Of a stretch of 64,000 nt of DNA, positions 1 through 9,830 are shown piece after piece. The notes below the pieces were generated by a model. The model had not been told where the DNA came from and did no database searches. It saw nothing but the letters and a program-made list of their open reading frames with translations. Each line of letters starts with the position of its first letter. Position 1 is the first letter of the stretch. This DNA comes from Spirochaetia bacterium (lineage in GTDB: Bacteria; Spirochaetota; Spirochaetia; CADAEX01): the NCBI GenBank assembly GCA_963662265.2, contig CAXXHA010000032.1:112144-176143 (forward strand). The letters are read 5' to 3'. The position numbers were made by a program, and so were the translations under genes.

Positions 1-1152
1 GTTTTCGGTCCATTTCACCAGGAACTGATCATGAACCTCTTTACCTGAATCTATGAGTTTTTTAAGAAAAACCTGGGGAACCATATCCCCTCTGGATATA
101 GTATTCCTTTCGCCGCTCAGGAACCACTCTTACAAGATAGGGAAGATCCTCCCCTTCTTTTACAGCTGTCTCTCTTTTTATAAAATTGTTGACAAAATCC
201 CTGCTATACTTGGAACTGTATGCTTTTCCGCTTTTATCTTTCAGATCATACATTTCAGTAATTGAAAATATATGTGGCGGTTTTTTTACAGAGTCTGAAA
301 GCTCCTTATAATCTGTTTTCTTCTGGTTTTCCTTCTGCATCAGCCCCCTGAAATAAGTGATAAAGGGCTCTGAGCATATAAAGGGACTGGCATGTGTATA
401 TATCTGATGCTGTTTTAATCATTCTTGTCCAGAACATCTTTTATGACTTTATTACAGAAAAATGAGAAAAATTTGAATGAAAAATCATTAGGCTTAAGCA
501 CCTGGTTCTTGAAATTACCGGGACCTGCAAGTATGGATTCCATAAGCTTTTTAACTGCAAGGTCCTTTCCGGGAATTGCCTTACGGAGATATCTTCCTAT
601 ATATGCATAGTTATTCTGATTCCTCACATAAAGATGGAGTTTTTTCAAAACAACATCAAACAGTATATTTTTAAGAATTTCCGGAGGAAGTACAATATCT
701 CCTATTCCCTCGGGAAACTGGATAAGAACAACCTTTCCCTTCTCATCATCAGACAGTTTCATCGTATTAAGAAAATCTGTCTTAATATCAAAAACAATTA
801 TCCAGCTGTTATCAATCATAAAACTGAATGATTTCAGGTCAGGATAGGGCAATTCAGGCCTGTCTTCAAGTTCCTTGTATTTAGGCAGAATAAGCTGTCT
901 GTAATATTTATGAACCTGAAATGAGGAAATACGGGAAGCATCATAATTGATTGTACAGCTCCCGTCATGCTCCATTTTTTTCAGCATCGGTATTGCAGCC
1001 AGTTTAAAATCCTCAAGATTCCTTGCTTCAATACTTCCCTTATTGGATTCATAATAGGAAGTCAGCTGATCCATAAAAAACGTGTAGTTTATTGAGGGAT
1101 TACGCCTCTTGATAATAAGTGCTTTAATAATCTTTTCAATTACTTCATTCAT
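1..1152 (-). pseudogene. Conserved hypothetical protein, split by three apparent +1 indels; runs off the left edge of the window
   Basis: ORFs 415..1152 and 62..340 join into continuous protein-like text (..DKNDKTASDIYTCQSLYMLRAFITYFRGLMQKENQ..QRDMVPQVFLKKLIDSGK..) if single bases are removed near 416, 366 and 89. Probably an intact gene with sequencing errors. Confidence 0.6.
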
Positions 1153-1167
1153 AATATTTACTATATT

Positions 1168-1995
1168 TTAATATGATTTAAGTTTATCTTCCACTTCTTT
1201 TATTATCCAGTCAGGTGTAGATGCACCTGCTGTTATCCCAACTATGCTGAAATCCCCTATTTCCGGAGGAATTTCATCTGCTTTTTCAATATGCCATGAA
1301 TTTCGGTTTGCTTTCAGGGCTGTATTGTAAAGACGCCTTGTATTGGCACTGTTTTTACCCCCAATAACAATTACAGCTTCAACCTGCTCAAGAAGACTGG
1401 AAAGAGCCTTCTGCCTCTTCGCCGTGGCAGGACATATTGACTTGCTTATCTGAATATTGCAGACCTTTGATGAAAGTATACGGCAAATTTCATCATATTC
1501 CCTTTCACTGAAAGTTGTCTGGCTTATTACCAGTGTGTTTTCCGGTATGGAAAGTTTTTCCGCATCCGCAGCACTCTGAACAATATCAACTGACGAGGCA
1601 TACCCGGCAATCCCGATAACCTCCCCATGGTCCCTGTCACCAGCAATTACAACATGACATCCTTTTTCCGATGCTTCAAGAACCTTTTTCTGAGAATGAA
1701 GAACCCTCGGACATGTTGCATCCACAAGTTTTTCACATTTCTCTTCAAGCATCACTTTGATTTCAGGCTGTATACCATGCGCCCGTATAACTACTACCCC
1801 TTCCGCATCTTCTGGATTCTCAAGCACTCTTACCCCGTTCTTCTCAAGATCCTCAAGCACAAGCCGGTTGTGAATCAACGGACCGAAAGTATATACAGGG
1901 CAGGAAGGGGATGAATCTATAATATCCTGAACTATCTGCATAGCACGTCTTACCCCCATACAGAAGCCCATGTTTTCAGCTTTAACAATATGCAT
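1168..1995 (-). CDS. ispH: 4-hydroxy-3-methylbut-2-enyl diphosphate reductase
   Basis: GFCMGV, GPLIHN, IRAHG, DATCP, SQTT, ICPAT, GGKNSANT and ITAGASTP motifs. ATG at 1995 preferred over the longer ORF start at 2034. Confidence 0.97.
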   Translation of the reverse strand: MHIVKAENMGFCMGVRRAMQIVQDIIDSSPSCPVYTFGPLIHNRLVLEDLEKNGVRVLENPEDAEGVVVIRAHGIQPEIKVMLEEKCEKLVDATCPRVLHSQKKVLEASEKGCHVVIAGDRDHGEVIGIAGYASSVDIVQSAADAEKLSIPENTLVISQTTFSEREYDEICRILSSKVCNIQISKSICPATAKRQKALSSLLEQVEAVIVIGGKNSANTRRLYNTALKANRNSWHIEKADEIPPEIGDFSIVGITAGASTPDWIIKEVEDKLKSY

Positions 1996-2038
1996 AACAG
2001 TTATTGTACAGACATTTAAATCTTTCGTAAACAATGTT

Positions 2039-2677
2039 TTAGCATAGTTTATTTTTCTTTATGCTCATGGTAAGACCATGCCCGACAGGGAGCATTGATG
2101 AGTAAAGGTCGTCCCTGCTGTATATCATACGGTTGTATTCATCAGTATAACGGCCAAGATTTTTCCTCACATCGGGATTTGCCCTGAACAGTGTATCATC
2201 CGCAACTATCAATCCTCCGTCCCTGGTAAGATCATATATACGGTCAATCATAAGAGGGTAAAGATATTTTCCGCAATCCTGAAATACAATATCAAATTTC
2301 CCTCTGTATACGGAGAGCAGTTTTTCAGCCTCTTTCTCGGCATCTGCAAACCTCATCTCCACAATATCATCAAGTCCTGCTTTTTTTATATTTGCCTCAG
2401 CCTCTGTCCTGGTCCTGGGGTGGTTATCTACAGTGATAAGACGCCCTCCCCTCTCTTTAAGCGCTTCACCAATCCATATTGAGGAATTCCCGATCCCGGT
2501 ACCGAATTCAAGAACCAGCTCTGCCCCGGTCAGCTTAACAAGGAAAGAAAGAAACCTCCCTGTTTCAGGTTCAACAAAAGGCTGTATATCATCCCGCCCT
2601 TCACTTTCTTTCTCAATATCAGATACAGTTTTATTATCGTAATGCACAAAACTCCGAAGATATTCAAGTTCATTCAT
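2039..2677 (-). CDS. O-methyltransferase (YrrM/caffeoyl-CoA OMT-like, class I SAM-dependent)
   Basis: VLEFGTGIGNS SAM motif I, FDIVFQD, GGLIVADD, LPVGHGL. Confidence 0.88.
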   Translation of the reverse strand: MNELEYLRSFVHYDNKTVSDIEKESEGRDDIQPFVEPETGRFLSFLVKLTGAELVLEFGTGIGNSSIWIGEALKERGGRLITVDNHPRTRTEAEANIKKAGLDDIVEMRFADAEKEAEKLLSVYRGKFDIVFQDCGKYLYPLMIDRIYDLTRDGGLIVADDTLFRANPDVRKNLGRYTDEYNRMIYSRDDLYSSMLPVGHGLTMSIKKNKLC

Positions 2678-2829
2678 AAAACCATACTATCATTTAATAT
2701 ACAGAGTGATAATTTATAAAATCATATTATTAATAATATTTGCAATTTTTTTCACAATCAATGTTTAAAATAGATAAAATTATTGATCCCATAATTGACT
2801 AACAAATAATTTTAAGGGAAATTATTACT

Positions 2830-3555
2830 ATGAGATCAGTACCAGAAAAACTAAAAGAACGTTATACGTGGTTCAAGAAGCATTCAGCCCTTGAAAAAAC
2901 ACCGGGATTCGCGCTTGAGATTATTTCAGATGACAAGCCGGGGCTGATATCAGACATGTCGGCAGTAATTTATGAAAACGGCGGCAACCTGGCATTTTTC
3001 CAGTCATGGAATGAATATGACGGAAAACCGCATACACTGCTGCAGATCGACAATGACTGCTGTGAAAAGACAATAATCGAAAAACTTTCAAAAATCAGAG
3101 AGATAAATTCAATAAAACATATCCCTACAAATATTAACACCTGGGGAAAAAGAATAATCATAATCGGCGGAGGTGCACAGGTTGCAAGTGTTGCCTCTGG
3201 TGCTATAGCAGAAGCTGACAGGCACAATATACGGGGAGAAACCATATCTGTTGATACAACAGCGATTGTCGGTGAAAAAGAGATTGCAAACACAATTCTT
3301 GCAGTTGGGAAACTTCACCGTGCGGGAATGCTTGTTCTCGCAGGGGCCCTGATGGGCGGCAAAATCACCGAAGCTGTAAAAACACTGAGGGAAGAATACG
3401 GTATTCCGGTTCTTGCGCTGAGCATGGCAGGCTCTGTTACAGAAGAGGCCGACCTTGTAGTTACAGACCCTATTGAAGCAGGTGTAATGTCAGTAATGCT
3501 GATAAGCAATGTCGGGAAATTCAACCTTCTTAAAGTCGAGGGTAACCGGTATTAG
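2830..3555 (+). CDS. ACT-domain + DUF5612 protein (archaeal-type predicted amino-acid metabolism regulator)
   Basis: N-terminal ACT (DDKPGLISDMS); C-terminal WGKRIIIIGGGAQVASVASGAIAEADRHNIRGETISVDT and LAGALMGG..GSV..ADLVVTDPIEAGVM. Confidence 0.8.
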   Translation: MRSVPEKLKERYTWFKKHSALEKTPGFALEIISDDKPGLISDMSAVIYENGGNLAFFQSWNEYDGKPHTLLQIDNDCCEKTIIEKLSKIREINSIKHIPTNINTWGKRIIIIGGGAQVASVASGAIAEADRHNIRGETISVDTTAIVGEKEIANTILAVGKLHRAGMLVLAGALMGGKITEAVKTLREEYGIPVLALSMAGSVTEEADLVVTDPIEAGVMSVMLISNVGKFNLLKVEGNRY

Positions 3556-3564
3556 AAAGCGGGA

Positions 3565-3865
3565 GCCTTGAAAACCTTCTCAGGTTTTCTCCTTCCGGCA
3601 TCTGCATTCGGAAATTGCTCTTTGGGAATTTCCTAACAGATGCCTTGAAAACCTTCTCAGGTTTTCTCCTTCCGGCATCTGCATTCGGAAATTGCTCTTT
3701 GGGAATTTCCTAACAGATGCCTTGAAAACCTTCTCAGGTTTTCTCCTTCCGGCATCTGCATTCGGAAATTGCTCTTTGGGAATTTCCTAACAGATACCTT
3801 GAAAACCTTCTCAGGTTTTCTCCTTCCGGCATCTGCATTCGGAAATTGCTCTTTGGGAATTTCCT
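3565..3865. repeat. Tandem array of a 77-bp unit (about 3.9 near-identical copies)
   Basis: Unit gccttgaaaaccttctcaggttttctccttccggcatctgcattcggaaattgctctttgggaatttcctaacagat starts at 3565, 3642, 3719 and 3796; one substitution seen (g>a at 3796). Confidence 0.97.
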
Positions 3866-4119
3866 CGTTATTTATTGAAATTTTAGTTAGATGCTCTATA
3901 CTTATATATATGACATATTGTTATTTAAAAAATACAAAAAGCTTCATGTCATCAATCAGCAAAATTTTACACATCTTGAGTCTCTGCTGGATACATCTGC
4001 AAAAAAAATCTGGAAAACATCACAATTTTCTCAGTTTTACCGGATGTATGAATTTCAAGAGGAATTTTCCAATCTTTATTCCGGAGATTGAAAGATACCA
4101 TGTTGAAAAGGAGCTGTAA

Positions 4120-4500
4120 ATGAATATTGATTTTATTTCAATCGGGACAATTTCCATGGAAAAATCAATCAAATTTTATCAGGATGTCCTTGGTTTCACA
4201 CTTTATGATAAATATTCTCCTGCACAGGATGTCGAAATAGCATTTCTGTCTGATAACCATGGAACCAAAATTGAACTTATCAGCAAAGTGGAACTGGAAG
4301 AAAGTATACACAGCAACATCTCCATTGGATTTGAAGTGGATGACATAAACTCAACAAAGGAACACCTTGAACACAATGGTGTAAAAATAATTTCAGGCCC
4401 TGTAAAACTTCCGCATAATGTGTTTCTGCTACATGCCGAAGATCCAAACGGAATAAAACTGGGATTTGTTCAGCATATCAAGGTAAAGGAAACAAGCTGA
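4120..4500 (+). CDS. VOC/glyoxalase family protein
   Basis: SIKFYQDVLGF, KIELI, IGFEVDDI, DPNGIKL; good SD (aaggag). Confidence 0.88.
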   Translation: MNIDFISIGTISMEKSIKFYQDVLGFTLYDKYSPAQDVEIAFLSDNHGTKIELISKVELEESIHSNISIGFEVDDINSTKEHLEHNGVKIISGPVKLPHNVFLLHAEDPNGIKLGFVQHIKVKETS

Positions 4501-4616
4501 ATATTCTGATGCAGGTTGTTATACTGCTGCAAAATAACGGTTTTACCCGGGATATCAGCTGTATTTTTGATACAGAGAACAATGTTTAAATAATACATCT
4601 AAAGAGGTGAATAATA

Positions 4617-4964
4617 ATGCAGTATATTGAGACTTTCAAGGTAAAATCATGCAGCAGAATAACAATCAACTATTATAAAAATAATACTGATGCAAGAAAA
4701 GGGAAAAAGCCGAAAAGCTGTGAAACATATGATAAAGATGTAATTACAGAAATCCTGTCTTTACTGAATACAATGCCTGACAAGGGGGATATAATGGTCA
4801 GCTGGGGAAAAGTCCCTGTGCTGGAAGTCTTATTACATGATAAAAATGCATATTTCAGCTACTATAACAGAAAAATAAAAACCCCTTCTACATCTTTTTA
4901 TTCTAATGATCCGGCAGAAGAAAAAAAACTTTATTCCTTATTAATGAACCAGCTTGGGAAATAA
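4617..4964 (+). CDS. Hypothetical protein
   Basis: 115-aa ORF with SD gaggtg; no recognised motif. Confidence 0.6.
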   Translation: MQYIETFKVKSCSRITINYYKNNTDARKGKKPKSCETYDKDVITEILSLLNTMPDKGDIMVSWGKVPVLEVLLHDKNAYFSYYNRKIKTPSTSFYSNDPAEEKKLYSLLMNQLGK

Positions 4965-5154
4965 TTATTCATAAGTGGATAAAATAATATTGCTGAAGTC
5001 CTTTTCCTTCAAAACAGACATATGACTTTTTTATATCAATAAGGCTGCAAAGGCAGTCTGTGATTTCCTGCACACAGCAGTCTTTTTCCGCTGAAAATTC
5101 ACTTACCTTTACGGATGTTGTAACAACTTTATCAATAATGTATTATTACATACC

Positions 5155-5979
5155 ATGAACAGCAAAGATAAACAGATAAAATGTAACTATCACACACATA
5201 CTTACAGATGCAAGCATGCATCAGGAACTGCAGCAGATTATGCTGACAGCGCAGCTGAAAAAGGGTTGGATGTACTGGGATTTTCAGACCACAACCCTTT
5301 TCCCGATGACAGGTGGAATGATGTCAGGATGGATTTCTGTGAACTGGATGATTACGGAAAGGAAATTGATTCGCTCAAAAAGCGTAAAGATATTATCATC
5401 CTGAAAGGGATGGAATGCGACTGGGTAAGTGAATATAAAAACTACTTTAAAGATGATCTTCTTGGAAAGAGAAACTATGATTATCTGGTAGGCGGCATGC
5501 ACTGGTTCCGGGTTAAGGGAGAATGGGTATTCTGCTATAATGAGAATGCGAAAGGCAATCTTAAATATTATGCAGAGCATATGATAGAAATGATGGAATC
5601 CGGCATATTTGAATTCATTGCGCACCCGGATCTTTTTTCACGATTTACAGATAAATGGAGTGATGAAACAGATTTCTATTCACGGGAAATCTGCGCAGCA
5701 GCAGAAAGCTGCAATATACCTCTGGAAATAAACGGTTACGGATTCAGAAAACCTAAAATGGATTTTGAAGACGGAAGGCGTTTTGCATATCCGCACCCCA
5801 GGTTCTGGGAAATTGCATCAGATTATAAAATAAAAGTTCTCTGTAATTCCGATGCTCACAGACCGGAAGATGCAGATGCATCCATAGATCTGTGCTGTGA
5901 AATTGCGGAAAGGAACTCGCTTGAATATGCAGACCTTTCATACCTGAACAGAGGGAGAAAAAGAAAAAAATATGCTTGA
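5155..5979 (+). CDS. PHP-domain histidinol-phosphatase (HisJ family)
   Basis: NYHTHT..CKHA, FSDH, GMECD, AHPD, LEIN and NSDAH PHP motifs. Confidence 0.88.
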   Translation: MNSKDKQIKCNYHTHTYRCKHASGTAADYADSAAEKGLDVLGFSDHNPFPDDRWNDVRMDFCELDDYGKEIDSLKKRKDIIILKGMECDWVSEYKNYFKDDLLGKRNYDYLVGGMHWFRVKGEWVFCYNENAKGNLKYYAEHMIEMMESGIFEFIAHPDLFSRFTDKWSDETDFYSREICAAAESCNIPLEINGYGFRKPKMDFEDGRRFAYPHPRFWEIASDYKIKVLCNSDAHRPEDADASIDLCCEIAERNSLEYADLSYLNRGRKRKKYA

Positions 5980-6487
5980 TATTCTAAGAAAAAGAAAATC
6001 TGTCAGAATTTTCGACGGCAGGGCTGTAGAAAACAGTAAAATTGAAAAGCTTTTGGAAGCTGCCCTGCTCTCCCCTTCATCAAGAAATCATGATCCCTGG
6101 GAATTCATTGCTATAACTGACTCCGGCAGGATAAAAAGCCTTTCAGAGTCAAAAAAATCAGGATCATCTTTTCTCAAACAAGCGCCGCTTGTTATTGCTG
6201 TAATAGCAGATAAAAACAAAAGCGATGTCTGGGTAGAAGACTGTTCCATTGCATCGATTATTATCCAGCTTGAAGCGGAAACCCTTGACCTGGGGTCTTG
6301 CTGGGTCCAGATAAGAAAAAGGGAAACAGAAGAAGGAGTTCTTTCAGAAGATTTTGTCAGAAATGTTCTTGCAATTCCGGAAAACTATGCAGTACTTTCT
6401 CTCATAGGCCTGGGGTACCCGGAAAAAAGGGAAGAGAGAATACCAAAGTCAACAGAAGCTGATAAACTGCATTTCAACTCTTTTTAA
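5972..6487 (+). CDS. Nitroreductase family protein
   Basis: RKSVR, SPSSRNHDPWEF, LGSCWV, IGLGYP; overlaps the upstream stop. Confidence 0.92.
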   Translation: MLDILRKRKSVRIFDGRAVENSKIEKLLEAALLSPSSRNHDPWEFIAITDSGRIKSLSESKKSGSSFLKQAPLVIAVIADKNKSDVWVEDCSIASIIIQLEAETLDLGSCWVQIRKRETEEGVLSEDFVRNVLAIPENYAVLSLIGLGYPEKREERIPKSTEADKLHFNSF

Positions 6488-6538
6488 TAAACCTTTTTAT
6501 TTCTGAAGTTTTGGAAAACCAGGGAAAGACTGGAAGAG

Positions 6539-7177
6539 TTATTCAGAGCGGTGCTTCAGCATTACTGACATTATCGCGTACCCTTCAGAAAGATCTTCTT
6601 CAGTAACAATAATATCATCCGGCAGCTGCAGTTTTGCAGGGGAAAAATTCCATATAGCTTTTATTCCCGAATCAACCATTTTTATCGCGGCTGCCTGTGC
6701 ATTTGCAGAGGGTACAGATAATATCCCGAGTTCTATATTGTTTTCCCTGATATAGTCATAAAGTTCATTCATGTTATGTATTCTTACAGATCGAACTGTT
6801 TTCCCGGTTTTTTCGGGATTATTGTCGAATGCCGCAATTATCCTCAGTCCATGCCGTTTAAATTCATGATATCCAAGCAGCGCCTCTCCAAGGGAACCTG
6901 CCCCGACCAGTACAGCCCTGGTATCCCTGTCCCACCCGAGGAATTCTTCGATTGAAGCGATCAGATCCTTGACCAGGTATCCTCTCTTGGGCCGTCCTAC
7001 AATATTGGTAAATGTAAGATCTTTTCTTACCTGTATTGAATTTAAATTAAGCCTGAAACCTATATCTGTTGCAGATATCCATTCAAAATCCATCTGGTCA
7101 TACTCATAGAGAAGCCTCAGGTAATATGGGATTCTCCTGATTGTAGGGACCGGGATATCAACATTTTTATTAATCAT
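6539..7177 (-). CDS. rex: Redox-sensing transcriptional repressor Rex
   Basis: PTIRRIPYY, QVRKDL, G..KRGY.V, LVGAGSLGEAL, IWNFSP. Confidence 0.93.
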   Translation of the reverse strand: MINKNVDIPVPTIRRIPYYLRLLYEYDQMDFEWISATDIGFRLNLNSIQVRKDLTFTNIVGRPKRGYLVKDLIASIEEFLGWDRDTRAVLVGAGSLGEALLGYHEFKRHGLRIIAAFDNNPEKTGKTVRSVRIHNMNELYDYIRENNIELGILSVPSANAQAAAIKMVDSGIKAIWNFSPAKLQLPDDIIVTEEDLSEGYAIMSVMLKHRSE

Positions 7178-7206
7178 AATCCACCATTATTTGAAATAGT
7201 AATATA

Positions 7207-7238
7207 AAACAGCACTTCCGTGACAGGAAATGCTGTTT
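7207..7238 (-). terminator. Intrinsic terminator downstream of the hydroxyproline operon
   Basis: aaacagcacttcc-gtgac-aggaaatgctgttt hairpin. Confidence 0.6.
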
Positions 7239-7269
7239 ATCACGATAAATCAACCATATTTACCGCTGA

Positions 7270-8241
7270 CTAGAAATCAATTTCAAATCCTATCTTTTTT
7301 TCCCTGCATTTTTCATAAACAGCTTTTGCAGCGTAGAGGTCAAACAATGCCATACCCACTGTCTTGAAAAATGTTGTACCGTATTCGCCTCTTTCAGGTT
7401 CTCTTCCTGAATTTATGAAATTTCCAAGAGTTTCAATCTGATCCTCTTTTATTGTTCCCTCTTCAAGGGGAATGAGAATTTCACCTGATTCCTCTTTTGC
7501 AAAATCAATATCCACCCAGACCTTATCTGTCAGGCTGAATATTGCATCGGTGAATTCCCTTACTTCAGGCTGAAAAGATCCCACAGCAACGAAATGCTTA
7601 TTCTTCAAAAGTTCAGGATCATCAGGAATTACAGGATCCTTTGCAGTTGTTGTAGTAATAACTATATCAGATTTTTCAATCAGTTCATTTACTGTTTCTG
7701 AATGAAAGACATTAAGCTCGGGAAGAGCCTCTTTGAGCCTGTCTGTAAAAGCCGGGAGACCTTCAGGAAACATATCATACAAGTACACATTTTTAATATT
7801 TCTTGCACTGCATGCAGCAATAACCTGATAAAACCCCTGTACACCACAGCCGATTATACCGAGTGATTCAGAATCCTTTCTTGAATGATGTCTTACACTC
7901 ACACCCCCGCAGGCACCTGTTCGAAGTGCAGTAATAATTTTCCCATCCATTATTGCGAGGATTTCTCCCGTATCCGGATCATTAAGCATTATTCCGCCGT
8001 TGATTGTAGGCTTGCTGTATTTTTTATTCCCCGGAAACAGGGTAAGTATTTTTGTAGCTATATCGCCCTTTGCCACACATGGCATCAGTAGCAGTGAATT
8101 GCTATCCTTGCAGTCAATTGTGACACGTTCAGGCATTATATAATCTTTTGATTCATATATTCTGAGAGCCTCTTCCACACTGTCCATGATTTCATTCATT
8201 GTTACAGCTTCCAAAATATTTTTCTGGTTCAGTATTATCAT
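7270..8241 (-). CDS. Ornithine cyclodeaminase/mu-crystallin family; probable Delta1-pyrroline-2-carboxylate reductase
   Basis: ITALRTGA, IIGCGVQG, AVGSFQPEVRE, FKTVGMALFDL. Specific function inferred from the trans-3-Hyp dehydratase in the same locus. Confidence 0.8.
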   Translation of the reverse strand: MIILNQKNILEAVTMNEIMDSVEEALRIYESKDYIMPERVTIDCKDSNSLLLMPCVAKGDIATKILTLFPGNKKYSKPTINGGIMLNDPDTGEILAIMDGKIITALRTGACGGVSVRHHSRKDSESLGIIGCGVQGFYQVIAACSARNIKNVYLYDMFPEGLPAFTDRLKEALPELNVFHSETVNELIEKSDIVITTTTAKDPVIPDDPELLKNKHFVAVGSFQPEVREFTDAIFSLTDKVWVDIDFAKEESGEILIPLEEGTIKEDQIETLGNFINSGREPERGEYGTTFFKTVGMALFDLYAAKAVYEKCREKKIGFEIDF

Positions 8242-8261
8242 TATCCTTTCCTTAATTATCC

Positions 8262-9824
8262 TTATTTATCCTTTAATTCCGCCTCTATTTTTTTCGAGGT
8301 CTTTGTAATTGACAATCCGCCTAGTGCTGTGCAGCGCAGTTCGCATGGAATACTCTTTCCCACTTTATCCATGGTATCAATCACCTCATCAACACTGACT
8401 ACATGATCAAATCCTGCAATTGCCATATTTACAGAAGATAAAGCATTTGAAGCAGCCATTACATTCTTACCCAGGCATGGAACTTCAACCCTGTTGGCAA
8501 CAGGATCACAGATCATTCCGAGAATATTCTGAAGCGCCATTGAAACAGCTGCCAATGACTCATTCAGTGGCAGATCGGCAATTGCAGAAAGAGCAGCAGC
8601 AGCCATCCCGGATCCTGCTCCGCATTCAGCCTGGCACCCCCCCACTTCTGCTGAAAAAGTTGCATGCTGTGCTATGAAAACGCCTATCATTCCGGCAGCA
8701 AGCAGGGCTTTAGCCATTACATCTTCCGAAAGGTTCATTTCATCAGCCGCACCTATTACAGCTCCGGGGAGGCCTCCGCAGGATCCGGCTGTGGGAGCAG
8801 CCACAATTACACCCATGGAACTTTTAATCTCCATCAGTGCTGTTGTATAAAGTATTATCCTGTTTAAAAGCCCGCAGTTAAGAAGTTCATCACTGTCCAT
8901 TTTCGCCTTGAAACTGCCTGACTGATAACCGAGTATTCTGTCGCGGTATTCTGTTCCGGCAATCCCCGCTCTAATGGATTTCCTTAAAACAGCAACAATA
9001 TCTTTCATCTTCACGAATACTTCATCTTTTGAAATATTTCCCCTTGCAGATTCATATTCGAGTGCAAGTTCCCAGAGTTTAATATTTCTGCTGCTGTTGT
9101 ATTTCTTCATTTCATCAGCAGTAATAAACGGAACAGATATATTTTTTCTTGAAAGAACAGGCAGGACAGGTTTCAGCTCCCGGATTTGTCTGATTTCATA
9201 TTTTTCAGCAATTTCCTGTTTTATACTGTCCGGCAGAAAAGATGATGATTTAATTTCAAAAAGACAGCCATTCCTGCTTTCAGTCTTAACAATAAATTCA
9301 TGATCTGTTTGTCTTTCAAGATAATCATCTATTTCACTGTCATATTTATCTGTAAAAACAAGTGTCTCAAAATAGTCTCCGCAGACAGATATTTCAAAAC
9401 CGTCTATATCAACTATCTCAATCATACCGCCGCCTGTTGAGACAGCAGTTATTCTATGTGATTCAGTCTTGTTGCTGAGTATTATCAGGTATGTATTCGG
9501 ATGATCATAATTGAGTTTTTCAATTTGGATATCAATATCAAGCCCGGCTTCTTCAGCTCCCTTTAAATAGTCTACAAGTCTTTCATCAGAAGGCTCCCAT
9601 CCCAGGAACCCTCCGAAAAGCCCCATATCAGAGCCCTGTGTATCATGAGTTGTGGCAAGAGAACCATCAGGATCGAATTTTATAGTTATATCTGATATTT
9701 CACCACCCATAAGGTCTCTTGCCAGAAGGCCGATTCTTACAGAAGCGGCACAGTGGGAACTCGAAGGCCCCCTCATAACAGGTCCGATCACATCGTTGAA
9801 TATACTTGGATACATTTTTACCAC
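8262..9824 (-). CDS. Fused (beta+alpha) [4Fe-4S] L-serine dehydratase-like protein, divergent active site
   Basis: GPSSSH, HPN, STGGG, APTAGSCG, GGCQAECG and CDPVANRVEVPC (three cluster Cys). Confidence 0.85.
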   Translation of the reverse strand: MVKMYPSIFNDVIGPVMRGPSSSHCAASVRIGLLARDLMGGEISDITIKFDPDGSLATTHDTQGSDMGLFGGFLGWEPSDERLVDYLKGAEEAGLDIDIQIEKLNYDHPNTYLIILSNKTESHRITAVSTGGGMIEIVDIDGFEISVCGDYFETLVFTDKYDSEIDDYLERQTDHEFIVKTESRNGCLFEIKSSSFLPDSIKQEIAEKYEIRQIRELKPVLPVLSRKNISVPFITADEMKKYNSSRNIKLWELALEYESARGNISKDEVFVKMKDIVAVLRKSIRAGIAGTEYRDRILGYQSGSFKAKMDSDELLNCGLLNRIILYTTALMEIKSSMGVIVAAPTAGSCGGLPGAVIGAADEMNLSEDVMAKALLAAGMIGVFIAQHATFSAEVGGCQAECGAGSGMAAAALSAIADLPLNESLAAVSMALQNILGMICDPVANRVEVPCLGKNVMAASNALSSVNMAIAGFDHVVSVDEVIDTMDKVGKSIPCELRCTALGGLSITKTSKKIEAELKDK

Positions 9825-9830
9825 CTGTTA

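Noticed and set aside
3565-3865. CRISPR array
   Set aside because: The whole 77-bp unit repeats with no unique spacers, and there are no cas genes in the window.
3769-4119. ORFs 3769..4119 and 3891..4091 as genes
   Set aside because: The first starts inside the tandem repeat; neither has an SD or a protein-like motif.
4120-4964. Integron gene cassettes
   Set aside because: No RYYYAAC...GTTRRRY attC structure between the small ORFs and no integrase.
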